A stretch of 62,403 nucleotides of DNA, counting the filler, from Platydemus manokwari (Eukaryota), in NCBI GenBank assembly GCA_037951405.1. It is 6 parts of 6 records of this genome, joined end to end, with 100 filler letters (N's around TTAATTAATTAA, not from the genome) between each part and the next. Parts side by side here need not be neighbours in the genome. Positions count along the whole stretch, not along the records: positions 23,262 to 33,096 come from JBBMOY011198876.1; positions 33,197 to 42,775 come from JBBMOY011229765.1; 4 more parts are not named here. One strand, written 5' to 3'. Shown here piece by piece: positions 24,880-37,600 of this stretch. The notes under the pieces were generated by a model, which saw nothing but the letters and a program-made list of their open reading frames with translations, was not told where the DNA came from and searched no databases. Within the stretch, counting starts at the first letter, position 1; every line of letters starts with the position of its first letter. The translations under genes were made by a program, and so were the position numbers.

Positions 24880-26463
24880 TTATTCCTCTAATATTGCAAA
24901 AATACTTAGCAATTTTTCGCAGAAAATTATCAAAATGCCTCTTATAGTATCAATTTCATCATTTTCTTCAAACTCACTGCACGTTCCAAGCATATTATGA
25001 CATATGTTAGTATACTTTGAGCAGAGTTCTAGAAGAAATTCATAAATATTTTCAAATATCATTATTTCGTCTTGATGAGCTGCCAAGATTTCTACCATTA
25101 AATCTACAAGTGAACAAGTCAAATTCCATTTCCTTGTCAAAAAAGTTAAGGCTTCATTGTTTTGATTTTCCAAAGTTAGATTTTGGTACAAAACAAAATT
25201 AGCAATTTTATTATTAACCAAATTAAACATTTCCAAATCAATCGATTTCCAAGATAAACGAAAAATGTCATCGATTTCTGTGTCGATTCTATTGCTTTTT
25301 AATTTTTCTTCTAAATCATCGATTTTATTTAAAACAATCGATGAAGCCGAAATAATGGAATCTAAATTGATTTGTATTAACTTTTCTACTTGATTTTGGT
25401 AATTTATTTGATCATTTAATTTAGTCAATAGCGGTTTTTCTACACTATTTCCATCATTTAACATCCCTGCCGAATTAGTTGAACACTTGAAGAAGCATTT
25501 CCAATCCTTTAACATATAATGTTCTTGACAATTCAAGCATAAACCACGACCACAAGTAGCACATTTTGAATGTAAAGATAAGTCAAACGTTGAGGAACAA
25601 ATCAAACAACTCTCTAATGGATTCGTAAATAAATCTGAATATTTGTTTAAATCGACATATTCAGAGTACTGTAGAATGATCACTGTATTCAATGGAAAAT
25701 ATTTTTTATCCAATTCGAAAATTAAGGCAGTGTTCCGAACTAATTCTCGAATAATATCCAAGAATTGATTTTTCGAAATTTCAGAATTTAAAAATTTTTC
25801 CATTATTTCACTGATCCAATAAAAATTATCAATTTTATAATTGTAAGACTCAGAATATTTTATGTTTTGTAGCAAGTTATTCGTGATTTGAATGCGACCA
25901 ACCATATGATTAAGTTTGTTCAAATAACTAGCATTTTTTTCAACCATATCGTATAGTTTTTGTAGTTTGTTATATTGTTGATCACTGTTGGGGAAGTCAG
26001 TGATATAGTTATTAAAGAAGCCCTCTAACTGGTATAAATTTGGAATATGAAGATCGATTAATTCAATAATTTCTTCATCGGTTAATTCATTCTGAAATTG
26101 TTTCAATTCATTTAAAACTTTTACGACGATGCTGCCATGCTGATTTTTGAAATGATTCAATTTGATATTATCTTTTATACATTCTTCATAAAGTGTTATC
26201 ATTGTTTTCTTATAGCTGTCAAGAACGCTTTCAGTTATAAATGCGCCGATATTTTTTGTCGTTTTATCATTGTGAATGGGATCGAAATATTCAACTGAAG
26301 ATACCGACAATCTATCTAAAGGACAAATAGGATTTTCTACTAACCATGATTTGGCACAAGTGATACAAAATGAATGACCGCAACCTTTGATGGTGATGTC
26401 ATCATTTTTATCTATTTCAGAAATGCAAACAAAACATTCGGCAGTATTATTATTATTATCCAT
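24880..26463 (-). CDS. Intronless protein with a C3HC4 RING finger and a second RING-like Cys cluster (putative E3 ligase), ~527 aa
   Basis: First ATG at 26463 (MDNNNNTAE); the track start is a TTG. RING1 CFVC...CGHSFCITC...CPLDR; second cluster CLIC...CATCGRGLCLNC...CFFKC. Confidence 0.88.
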   Translation of the reverse strand: MDNNNNTAECFVCISEIDKNDDITIKGCGHSFCITCAKSWLVENPICPLDRLSVSSVEYFDPIHNDKTTKNIGAFITESVLDSYKKTMITLYEECIKDNIKLNHFKNQHGSIVVKVLNELKQFQNELTDEEIIELIDLHIPNLYQLEGFFNNYITDFPNSDQQYNKLQKLYDMVEKNASYLNKLNHMVGRIQITNNLLQNIKYSESYNYKIDNFYWISEIMEKFLNSEISKNQFLDIIRELVRNTALIFELDKKYFPLNTVIILQYSEYVDLNKYSDLFTNPLESCLICSSTFDLSLHSKCATCGRGLCLNCQEHYMLKDWKCFFKCSTNSAGMLNDGNSVEKPLLTKLNDQINYQNQVEKLIQINLDSIISASSIVLNKIDDLEEKLKSNRIDTEIDDIFRLSWKSIDLEMFNLVNNKIANFVLYQNLTLENQNNEALTFLTRKWNLTCSLVDLMVEILAAHQDEIMIFENIYEFLLELCSKYTNICHNMLGTCSEFEENDEIDTIRGILIIFCEKLLSIFAILEE

Positions 26464-27490
26464 TGATTTGTAATTTTTGATACTCAAACTAATTTATTAA
26501 AATTAATTAAAATGTTTAATTAAATAAATATTATTTATTCAAAAACCTATTGGATAAAAATACTTACAAATATTTTCAATTTGAGTTTAAAAAATATTTT
26601 AAAAATAATATTTAAAATATAATATTTTAATTTTTAAAATTATTTTTAAATTATACATTATATTTAAAATGAAATTTTTAAAAATTTTTTAAATTTATTT
26701 GAAATTATAATATTACATAAATAATAATTTTTTAAATTGAAAGCTTGACTAAAAATCTATTTAAAATTTAATTTGTATTTTTTATAAATTAAATTTATTG
26801 AAGTTATATTGGTAATTATTTATAAATATATTCTAGAAAATGTCTATTAAATTAGTAAAAATATTGATTAGCAGAAATATGAAAATTAAATATTTTAAAT
26901 AAAAGGGTAAAATCAACTATTTAAAACTATTTTTAAAAATTAACAATATTCTATAAATAATCTGATAGAAAATAAAGAAAAAAGCTTTGTAAATAACTTT
27001 TATTAAATATTGTTGTGGTAAATTGTGATGACTAAAATGTATTGTGTCTGAAATTTAAAATGACTTAGTTGAAATACCAATCTAATGAAACCGAACTAGC
27101 CTGTAAATATGATTTAAGAAAAATCGGATAGAATTTTCTTCTCAGTCTAGTAAAACACAGCGCGTTTCCTTCCATCATAAATCATATCCACTTTGATAAA
27201 ATAAACTGTGGTTCGATCTACTACTATTTATGAAAGTACACTAACATAAATCCTTTAGTTAATTGGCTTAATTTTTCAAACAGACGATTTTCAGATTATT
27301 TTCTCTCAACAAAATTAGAAATCAACTCATCGTTATTGACTGGTGAAATTAACTCTCAAAAAAATAGGAGAATACCACTAAAAATATTGTTTTAATTCCA
27401 CAATGGTCCATTGCAATTGAATTAATTTCATTGGTCATTACAGCTTTAATCAATTTTAAATAAAGCTCATCAAATTTTTATCCGAAAAAT

Positions 27491-29376
27491 ATGAATACAT
27501 TTTCCATAAAATGCCTCAAAACAATTCTATATCTACTACTTATTTATGTTTTATATAATTTATTTAAAATAAACTTTCTCGTGGTATTGTTCACGAAAAT
27601 TATATCCCACAGAGAACATGTGCAATACCAGGAATTGCCGGAAGAACTTACGAAATTTCAAGTGGCACTAAATGAGGAACTAAGGAACGAGAATTTGGAA
27701 TTATTGAATGTTTTTTTAGAACAGATAGATAAATTCAATATTACATATATACCATCCGGTGGAACGTTGTTGGGAATTTATAGACATCATGGATTTATTC
27801 CTTGGGACGATGATCTGGGTAAGTGTAAGTTTCGGGTTAATCAGAATATTTTTTTAAAAATTAATATATTACGATCTATGTTTTACTTAAGCAATTCTAC
27901 TTCATTGATTAACAATTTCATTACCGGAGTGTATAACATGGTTTTGACCTCTCTATTGATCAAATCAATTATAGATTTATCGTTAATATTACATAGAGCT
28001 AATTAGAGATCTACCGAAAACTACATGAATTGTCATAATTTTTACATTATTTTCTAAAAGTATTGTTAATGCCGTTAGATTTTGTGTTCGACCTAACTTT
28101 CATTACAAGCCAATTAATTTTGTATTGCTCTAATCCAGTGATTCCCAAACTTTTCGGGCGTACCGCCCCCCTTTCAGAATAAATATCACTAAGCGCCCCC
28201 AAACTAACACACATCAAATTATTTTTAACTTTTAGTAGAAATTTATAAAAAAAAATCTTAATGTTACGCGGAATCCCAGAAACACTACCGCTCTACTACT
28301 AGACTTCGGCATTGCAAGCGACAAAGCGCACAAGCAGTAGCATTGAGTGTGCGATTACACACACTTCAATAAAAATTAGTAAGAACGTACAGTACGTTGT
28401 TTAAAGACAAATTAAGCGTTTTGAACAAACGAGATACATCAAAAAATTTATAATAATCATTTTCTTACATTCTTATAGTAATATCGCCCCCAAATGAGCT
28501 TGTATTCATCACCGACACACTGGATCCCTGCTGCGCACACTTTACGAATCACTGATCTAACTTTTATATTAAGACAGGGAATGGTAGGAAAATCCCAATT
28601 TTAAAAATAATTCGTCATTTAAACAACCTTAATTTCGATTTTCACTTAAATTAAGGTAAACTAATATAACAGTTGACAGCAATAATATTTTAGTAAAAGT
28701 AATGAATTTTGAAAACACCTAGTAAAACAATTTTAGTATATAATAAAAACACTATTTGTTACGATTTTTCATTATTTCAGATATTTCCATATTAGATGAA
28801 CAGAAAGCTGTCCTCATAAACGCTCTTTCAGAACTCAACAGAACCCACCAATTATATACCAATAATAATTCAGATGTTTGGAAATTTTTCAAGATAAATT
28901 CTACAAAAATCGATTCCAACGAAACATACTATTTTCGTTATCCTTTTATCGATATTTTAATATTGGAAAAGTATGACAACAACACATTTCGTGATGACAT
29001 ATTCAATGAAGTTAAGTTTTCCATCAACGAAACGTTTCCATTGATTAAAAGACCATTCCATGGATTGCGATTGTATAGTCCTTGTAATATGGACTATATT
29101 AGCAAAGAGATTTTCGCTGATACGAACAATTGTGTGAGTTCTCATATGAATCACATGAAGGTTATTTCATACTCTGATATCGAAACTGTTAAATGTGACA
29201 GATTGGAGGTGTATTATGGTTTCGTTGAGAGGACTTACAAGGAAGATGATAAAGTAATAAAGATAACCGAAAAATTGCAATTGAAAAATCGAACAATTCA
29301 CACTGTTCAATATTCGAAACCAAATCTATGTACAAATAAGATGTCATTTTATCCCTCGGATTTATCGATACTCTGA
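27491..29376 (+). CDS. LicD/fukutin-related nucleotidyltransferase-fold protein, type II membrane anchored, ~307 aa
   Basis: Exons 27491-27818 and 28781-29376 (G|GTAAG ... TTTCAG|AT) join to [24 protein letters not shown], the LicD signature; later YPFIDI and FPLIKRPFHG; N-terminal hydrophobic anchor. Confidence 0.92.
28136..28554. mobile_element. hAT (Charlie-like) MITE in the LicD intron
   Basis: TIRs CAGTGATTCCCAAACT / ACTTTACGAATCACTG; degenerate 8-bp flanks CTCTAATC / ATCTAACT; subterminal CGCCCCC motifs. Confidence 0.75.
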
Positions 29377-29899
29377 TTTTATTGTTATTATTATTATTAT
29401 TATTATCACTATTTTTATTATTATTACATACATTTTTAATATTATTTTTATTATTATTGTTGATTCAAAAGTAATTTCTGATGAGAGATATCCACCGATT
29501 AAGTAGTTCAATAAAACAAAAATATACTTTGAAAATATCATTGGTTTTGATTTCCTTTTTTCCAAATAATTTTGAAATCGTTGAAAAATTTGATATTGAA
29601 AATCATAAAAATTCTCTCTTCATTGTAAAATTAAAATTATATAGATTGAGGAGAATGGAATTTTGTAAATCAAATCACCACAGTTTAATCTGATACTGAT
29701 ATAAAATTCAATTCAAGTTCCGATTAATGGTATGAGAGAAATAGTTTTCCATACAAAACATAATTTAATTCCTTCAACACTTTTGACATAATAAAGCTAT
29801 GCTAATGGGATGGTTTCATTGTTTTGTAGCAAAATAACCAATCCATTGTATTTGATATTTAATAAGAGACCTCATAAACCAGAACAATGTGGGCTAATT

Positions 29900-30950
29900 T
29901 TCTAATGAGAATGACGGCATTTAATATCCATACTTTTTTGTATTTTATTAACATCAAAACACAGTGAGTAAAGCTCTCAATATGCAAAACTGACAATCAT
30001 AAAGTACAAAAAGGAGTAATGTAAAAAGTCTATGTTTCATTTCAATGTTAGTACTTATGCTATCAAGTGTGAATTATAAAATTATAATATAAAAAAGTCA
30101 AATAGTTAATATCACTGACGACAGTTTTTTGCTTCTTTAATCTCTGTTCCGTGAATAATGGTAATCAAGGGAATATTTTAGATAAATAATTAAGCACGAT
30201 TTATTGATCAATTTAGTAGAGATAAGAAAACTCAAAATTTTCTTCACATGACAATGACACGTTAAGGCATATAAACAAATGTGATAAATGTATTAAAAAT
30301 TGGATATAAATAATATAAAAAAATAATAAAACAAAACAATGAAATATGTTAAATTAAAATATAAAATTTAGAATATATTGAAGATCATCACAGTTACGAA
30401 ATTCGAAAGGTAAAGTTTAAGCAAAATCATTAAAGTGTGTCTAATTAATGATCTCAATACTTGTAGAATAAAATGAAAGTGGGGAACTTTTGAGAGTGAT
30501 CTTATATATATATATTTAACAAAAAAGAAATAGCCAAAGCATCAAAAACAAAAAATCTGTTGATTATTTGTCAAACATGTTTCTTCAACGACTGTCTTGA
30601 ATCGATAAGATGTCTTACAAATAACAAATGTGTTAACTCCTTTTCATCTGTAATTTTATAATTTTCTGAGATTAAATGCATGTCTGTGTTTATCACGTTT
30701 TGTGTAACGCGAAATCTTTTTTGTACAATGTATTTTGTTATTAATCTTAAAGATTTTATATTTATGAATGATGTGTTGACAACTTTAGCATTTATGTTTC
30801 TTCATTGTAATCTTGAAATTATTTGATAAAACAAAACGAATATTTCGCTTGAAATTATTTTTTTTTGTTTTCATACTTATTTTCATATTGAATATTTTAG
30901 CGATTATCTTAATTTAAGATTTTTCAGATTGTTTTACAGTTATCACAATT
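29900..30950 (-). mobile_element. Decayed hAT (Ac/ZBED-like) transposase remnant
   Basis: Minus-strand fragments DSR*RNMFD (TRWNSTxxM-like) and SQKFPT (SxEKYPT-like) occur in the expected order; very degenerate. Confidence 0.3.
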
Positions 30951-31023
30951 CGGTTTTGGTATTGAGATTAAAAAGGTATAACTAAATATAAGAGATGCTA
31001 ATGTTTGACATTGTTGTGCAGGC

Positions 31024-31281
31024 CAGAGGTGCATAAACTAGGGAGCGTGCTTCTTAAGAGGGACGCGAAACATTATATTGGGGGTATCTAAAATTTAAAA
31101 TTCTAAAATAAAATTTAGTTGTTATAATTTCTGGTTAGCTGAAAGTAATTTTGAAGATATTTATTTCATTTAAATAATATTTCATATGGGTGTTATGACC
31201 TATTACGGGTCCCATTTTAGGGGTGTCAGTAGCTAATATAATGAAAATGGGAGCGCAATTTAAAAAGTTTCCGCACTTTTG
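31024..31281. mobile_element. hAT MITE
   Basis: CAGAGGTGCATAAACT ... AGTTTCCGCACTTTTG imperfect TIRs; GGGAGCG subterminal motifs near both ends. Confidence 0.6.
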
Positions 31282-31393
31282 ATGTAAGTCATAAAACAAG
31301 CAAAATATGCACTGAAACCGTAGAAATCACCCTCAAAGAATCAATACACACAGATTCATCAAGTATGTGTCTCAGTGGCCAATCAGATAATTA

Positions 31394-32696
31394 CCGTAAA
31401 TTACGCGGACTAAGACCCTACATCTATTTTTAGATCAAAAATTTTAGAAAAATCTAAATTACTTTATTAGTCATATAAACGATGAAATTCTTCTTTAGCC
31501 TCAAACATATCTTCTGTTTCCACGTGTTGATTAATCAGAATCCCATGAGGTTTTCACCCATTGTCAGACTCGTGAGATTGTTGTGTTCTTCAACAGACCT
31601 GATGGAGTTAAGTTTGAATCAGATTCACTCATCTATTTGGTCCACTCCTCCTTCATGTTTGCCTTAAAAGGTTTATTGATACTGATTTCAAGAGGTTGCA
31701 ACTGGCTTGTGAGACCACCTGAAATGACTGCTAACTAAGTTCTCAGTTCTTTAACCTTTTGTTTTATTTTTTCCACCAAATGCCCTCTAAGTTGATCAAA
31801 AACAAAAATAGATGTCTTCTTCAACAAGTCCCCAGGACGTCTAGACAAAACTTATCAAACCACAAGTCCATACCTTGGTGGTCCATCCATCCTTTTGAAA
31901 GAACATGAATCAAAACTCTTGGAGAGATTTTGCCTTTAGGCAGGGTTATACGTTTGAGGATTAAAGTGAAGGCAACTTGGTGTCATCAGCCATACAGGTC
32001 AAAACACAGATAAAATGACTTTTTTATGACTTCTTGTACGAATTGCAATTGTCCTAGTTCCTTTCTCATCATCTGTATGATTATCAGGATAATCCAAATT
32101 CAGAAGCGTTTCATCCATATTGTTTATCTGGGATAATTAATAGCTAAACTGTTGCCGGGTATTGATGACAAATTTGTGGAAAGATAGAACTTTTTCTTTA
32201 TAGAATTCAGTCATTCTTTGGGCTTACTTTGTTCTAGTTTTTATTTCCAAATCCTGAGGTTTTCTAAATCTGTAACACCAAACTGGACTTCCCTTAAAGT
32301 CAGTGATATCTAGAGCTTGTGCAATTTTCTTAACCTTCTGCATGACCATCTTGGTTGAGACTACAATGCCTTTATCGCAGTAGGTGGAGGCCCAAATTCA
32401 CGTTCTGCAGATCTATTCCCATTGATTTTGGCAAATTCAACCACTTTTAGGTTGTATCTTGCAGTATAGGAATTTCGCCTTTCAAAAATTTTACGGAAAT
32501 TAGAAAATTGCACACAAATTTGTTAGTTGAAATAGCAATTTGTTGTGTATCATCGTAAAGCAGCTGAATAACGGCAGAAAACTAGCTAATCACTTGCATT
32601 AATGGTTGATCAGGTAAGCCAAGTTGCTGACTATACCTATAAAGAACCCCTGGATTTAAAACCGAGGTTTTTTTGCAAAAAACAAGTAATCTACGG
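31394..32696 (-). mobile_element. pogo-family (POGK-like) DNA transposon with pseudogenised transposase
   Basis: TA|CCGTA ... TACGG|TA ends. Minus strand reads RRNSYTARYNLKVVEFAKINGNRSAEREFG (Brinker-type DBD), DFKGSPVWCYRF (CENP-B HTH), INNMDET, and LAVISGGLTSQLQPLEISINKPFK (DDE_1), with stops and frameshifts. Confidence 0.9.
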
Positions 32697-33096
32697 TAAT
32701 TGGCGCATGCCAACAATAAGCAGCAAACATTGAGATACGTCAATAGCAAGAGATATACAAGAAAATTGGCTAACAGACCAACGATGAACGACTCTATTGA
32801 ATGAAAAGTAGCGCCTTGAGACATCAAATGAAGACACATGTTAAAACTATACAAATGGATCTCACTAGCATCTGCCAGTCTTTTTGGTTGCTAACCTTTA
32901 TATGATTTTCTGACAACTAGTCTTTATAATTGTTATCTTTGTCGCTTTTTAACTTTCGGGTGCTGATCCCGCCCTGTATTGATTATTCATTGATTATAAA
33001 ATCAAACAAATGTTATAAAAAAATCATTGTGTATATTAAGATTTGCTTGTTATTTCGATTCCAAAGCCGAAATGTGATAATCCTCGAAGGTAAAAT

Positions 33097-33196
33097 NNNN
33101 NNNNNNNNNNNNNNNNNNNNNNNNNNNNNNNNNNNNNNNNTTAATTAATTAANNNNNNNNNNNNNNNNNNNNNNNNNNNNNNNNNNNNNNNNNNNN
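33097..33196. other. Artificial spacer
   Basis: N44-TTAATTAATTAA-N44. Confidence 0.97.
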
Positions 33197-33879
33197 ATGG
33201 GTTCCATGAGGGTTGCAGCTTCTAATATTATTATAATTGCTTCGAATTTCGATTCCTATTTTATGTAAATGTTTTATATAATCATCAGTTTGTCCATATA
33301 GTGTTTCCAACTCAGTATTGAACGTTACTAGTTGTGGTATGTCTGAGCGCTCCCACAATCCAGGAGTTATTTACTAGATACCAATGTAACAAAAACAATA
33401 AAGTTAGGTAACGTTTTAGCAGGAAATACCGAATGAATAGAATTAAAACATTTAGTTGACTTAATGCAATATCTTGTAACTATTTTTGCGTCATTTATTA
33501 TTGTGTTTAAATATTTGGAATACTAGCTGCATTATTTTCCCAGATACAACTTATTTTCCTCTTAAATAATTTTATTGCAGACACAACATGAACTATATCT
33601 ATAGCCCGTGTACAATCTCTAAAATTTCTAAGAATCAATCTGTTCAATCTATATCTGTTCCAAACCAATCCCAATCCATTCATAACATTTAACTCCCAAT
33701 CAATTCCTATGTCGAATTCTTGTATTGGAAATCGACATTATTTTTGAATGTGAAAAAAATATTGATATTTTATTAAGAACAAAAATTGACATTAATTATG
33801 AATTATTTTTAAAATCTTTTGTATTTAGGTGATTTTTATGTTTAATTCATTTTAATTTATTTTTAATTCACAAAAGAGA

Positions 33880-34680
33880 TGTAATATAAAGGTGGACTAT
33901 AAGAAAAGTCAAGTATCTTGTAACGAAGATGAGTTTTGTGTTGAGTTAAACAAGACAAGTTTTTAGATCAGAGTGTAAATGGTTATAAAGACAACCCTCA
34001 GAGGAAGTGCCATAGATTTATCAAAAATTCCACGTTATAAGAATATGTGGAACAAGAAGGAATATTTGAGAATTAGAAGTGAGGCATTATACTATAAGAA
34101 GAACGAAATTTATCGGTATATAATAAAATTTGTGTTTTAATGATTTATGAAAAATTAGTACATTTCGGGGTAAAAATACAAACCGAGTTGTTGAAAACGA
34201 ATTTTAAAGGCCAGGAATGATATTCACTAACACGTACACTCCCTATTGAGTACTCATTAACCAAGGAAATTAATGGAAGAAATAGAGATAAATTGCAATC
34301 AATAATTACAAATTAGCGAATCGAAATTATTGGTATCGATATTGCAGGGCTATATCCTGGAAAGCGGTTTGTACTAGGTGTCATGGATTATTTTTCAAAA
34401 TATGTATCGCTCATCCAATGAAAACATCACGGCAGAAAATGTAGCCAAGGTATTATGCAAATACTGGATAAGCAAATTTGGAGCTCCAGAATGTATCCAT
34501 TCTGACAACGGAACAAATTTTCAATCCACATTAATATCAGAATTATGCGTTAGTATGGACATAAAGAGAACCTTTTCTTCCCCATATTATCCACATCAAA
34601 TGGGCTAATTTAAAGAACTTTTAAAACCATGAAAAGCATGATTGCAGCATCACTAAAGAATCACTTATGAAAGTATGCCA
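33880..34680 (+). mobile_element. Ty3/gypsy integrase (rve) remnant
   Basis: IIGIDIAG...VMDYFSKY / TAENVAKVLCKYWISKFGAPECIHSDNGTNFQS...RTFSSPYYP, with frameshifts. Confidence 0.85.
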
Positions 34681-37600
34681 AAGACTGACTATCTCAAAAA
34701 CATCCAATATTATCTGGAATTCATGAAAATTGGTGATAAATGTGAAAATTAAATAAAGATAATTTTTCAGTGCAATGAAATATAATAAAAAATAAAATAA
34801 AGTGAATAATAGTAGAAATAATAAACAATACTATAATTATAAAAGGTATAATAATATTAAAAATAAAAATAAAATCAATAAAGCCGATATAAAATTATAA
34901 AATACAACAATAACAGAAATAAAATGGGAAAATAGAAAATTAAATTGATGAATAATTCAAATAAGAAGACCTTACCAAATAATCAGAAAGGCTTAAGAAA
35001 ACTAAAACTAAGTGAAAAACAATGCAAAAATATTTTTCAGTGAACATCGAAAAGCCGAGGATACCAAACGAAATCAACAATTGATTTTTTATTTGAAATT
35101 TTTGTCTACAATTATCCGACGGGTTTCACATTAATAAAGTAGCGCATTCTTCGTTGAAATTTTCAGTTTAAAATCAATTGCACTAATAATTTTTACATTT
35201 TTTATACATTATCTTCTCTAAATTTGTCCTTCGTTTGATGTCAGATTGTCGACCACCTACTTTTGAAGAAAGTGGAGCATTGGGAATAATTTTTTGTTTG
35301 ATTTTTCTTCAATTCAATTTTTCTTCATAAATAAATTTTATTGATATAAATTTGTCCTTTAAGTAGCTATAATAACATTAACTACATATTCCATTCAGAA
35401 CTTCAGTCAGTTGACACTAATATAAAAAGAGCCAATAAGAGTTGGATCAAAATATAAAATAAAAGGGTAAATGTGTTAAAAGATTTTCAGTCTAATTTTT
35501 CCAGATAGTTTCGTCTTTATTCAATCTATCTAGAGCCAGTGAAAAATTTGTTAATTTTTATTAATCATAATAAATCTCTTCATAATCATGTTTTTTCTGT
35601 TTATTATTTTTCTAACCCATGAGTGCGTTTATATTATTTGTCATTGTGATTGTCAACTCAATTGAGTCTGTTTTTATCGTACATATTTACAATGAATATT
35701 TTTCGTAATTAATTTTATAAATACACAATTTTCATATCTATCCTCGTGTTTTAGCAATATTTTATTTATTATTTTTATTTATCTTTGCTCAATTTATTTC
35801 TTTACATCATTGCAATAAATATTTTTAAAAAACTTCAGTCGATACAGATTAAATGGAATACTGGCACAGTATAAAATATTTATAGATATACACGAATTAA
35901 TAATGATTTATTGTTTTAAATATTGTTGGATTTCTAAAGGAAAAACTGACAGGATTATCCATTTTCTACAATAACCTTTTAAAAAAGGGGGATGGGAGCA
36001 TTAATTTTAATTAAATAATAATAATTTTAAAATTTCAAAATAATTTAAAATAAGTTAATGATTTTAAAGATTATTTAAAAATTTTAAATAATATAATAAA
36101 TTTTAAAAAAATAGTGTTTTAAAATTTATTATATAAAATAAAATTTTGTTAAAAAGTTATTTTAATATTGTTTTATGTGAACCTGATTAAGATGGATATC
36201 GAAACTTTCCGGAATTATAATTTGTTTAAAAAATTGTATTAAGTGTTGGAGTTAAATAAATTTTAAGAAAATGAGTTCTTCTGTTGAAACATCAATTACA
36301 AGCGAAGTAGCTGCTACTAACAAATATAATATTACTAAATTTATGTTTAATAAGTGTTTGAGATTAATAGTTTTAATTTGAGTTTAAATGGCTCGAGTAT
36401 GACATATTGATTTAAGGTCGTAGTAATGTTCTTGAATAGGTGGTACTGTATGCTGCTACTGTTTTAAAACCCAAACATTAAAAACTAACTGACAAGTCAC
36501 GACCTCAAACTCTATTTATGTGTAATTATTTAAACAAATAAATATAATTTTATACTAAATTCATTATAAAATGAAACTTAATATAAAATTAAATTTAATA
36601 TAAAATTAAATTCTACACAAATTCAAATCTTCGAAAATTTAATTCAACATAATATTCTGAAATGTACCAATAATTAAAAATTTATTGAACAAATGTAAAA
36701 TTAATAGTTAAGTATCTTTTCATAACTATTTGTTACACAATGGTTAAAGGAATGACTTAGTAAAGGGAGTCAAAATAAATGATTATAAGTGATCAGAGTC
36801 TGAATAAAAATATTATTTTAGTTAATCTCGAAGCTATTTACGATTTCTTGTCTTCGAACAAGAGTCCTCTAGCCAAATTTATATGAAGTTTACCAAAGAC
36901 TCAGCACTCTGTAGAGACATCTTGTATCAAGTAATACTTTTAGAAGTTAACCCTTAGTTTATTTTCATGATGCGTTTCAGAACTCAGTAGCTTATCTGGA
37001 ACTGTGATTTAGATAAAATTTTGAACATATAAAGATAAGTTGACGAATGATTAGCTTAAATTAATAGAATGCTAATGATACTGGTTAAGAGTTAGGACTC
37101 TTGTAACAGTAGGAAATTACCGTAAAACTAATCAAGAAATTGATCACTATAAGCATATATCAATAAACTCTGAAAGACTTTTGATAATTTTCGATTAATT
37201 TCTGTTCGATTGATGAATGATCTTCAATAGATTTTGAATAATCAATAGTAATATTCATATCTCGATCTTTTCGCTTTGCTCAATTTTGTGGTGCCGTTTC
37301 TATTACTCTATAAACAAGTCCAGTGACATTTGAACACCAACTGAACATGTATATAGCTTCTTTATGAGTAGATAAAAACGAGCCAGTACATAAGATTTTA
37401 TTTGCTTGGATATTTTGGTGCCTAACACCCATTGATGATGTTGTGTCACCAATGCAGGGGAAGTCAGTGTTCCAATCTTTAAAGTGATCACAAGCTGATC
37501 ATTCTAGTTCATTATAACAATATGATATCAATTCGACAATTCTTTTAATGAATAAATTTTCTTTTTGATGTGGAATTTAAAATTTTTAATTGAAGGTTCC

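Noticed and set aside
28071-28100. GCCGTTAGA resemblance to the start of a flatworm spliced leader
   Set aside because: Match stops after 9 nt; no donor or Sm site follows.
17543-29376. Pseudokinase + RING + LicD as a co-located defence or signalling system
   Set aside because: A synthetic spacer separates the kinase from the other two, and nothing in the sequence links RING and LicD functionally.
33197-33400. Minus-strand open frame running into the spacer (WERSDIPQLVTFNTELE...)
   Set aside because: Could be a real exon, but it is truncated and has no recognisable motif, so no call was made.
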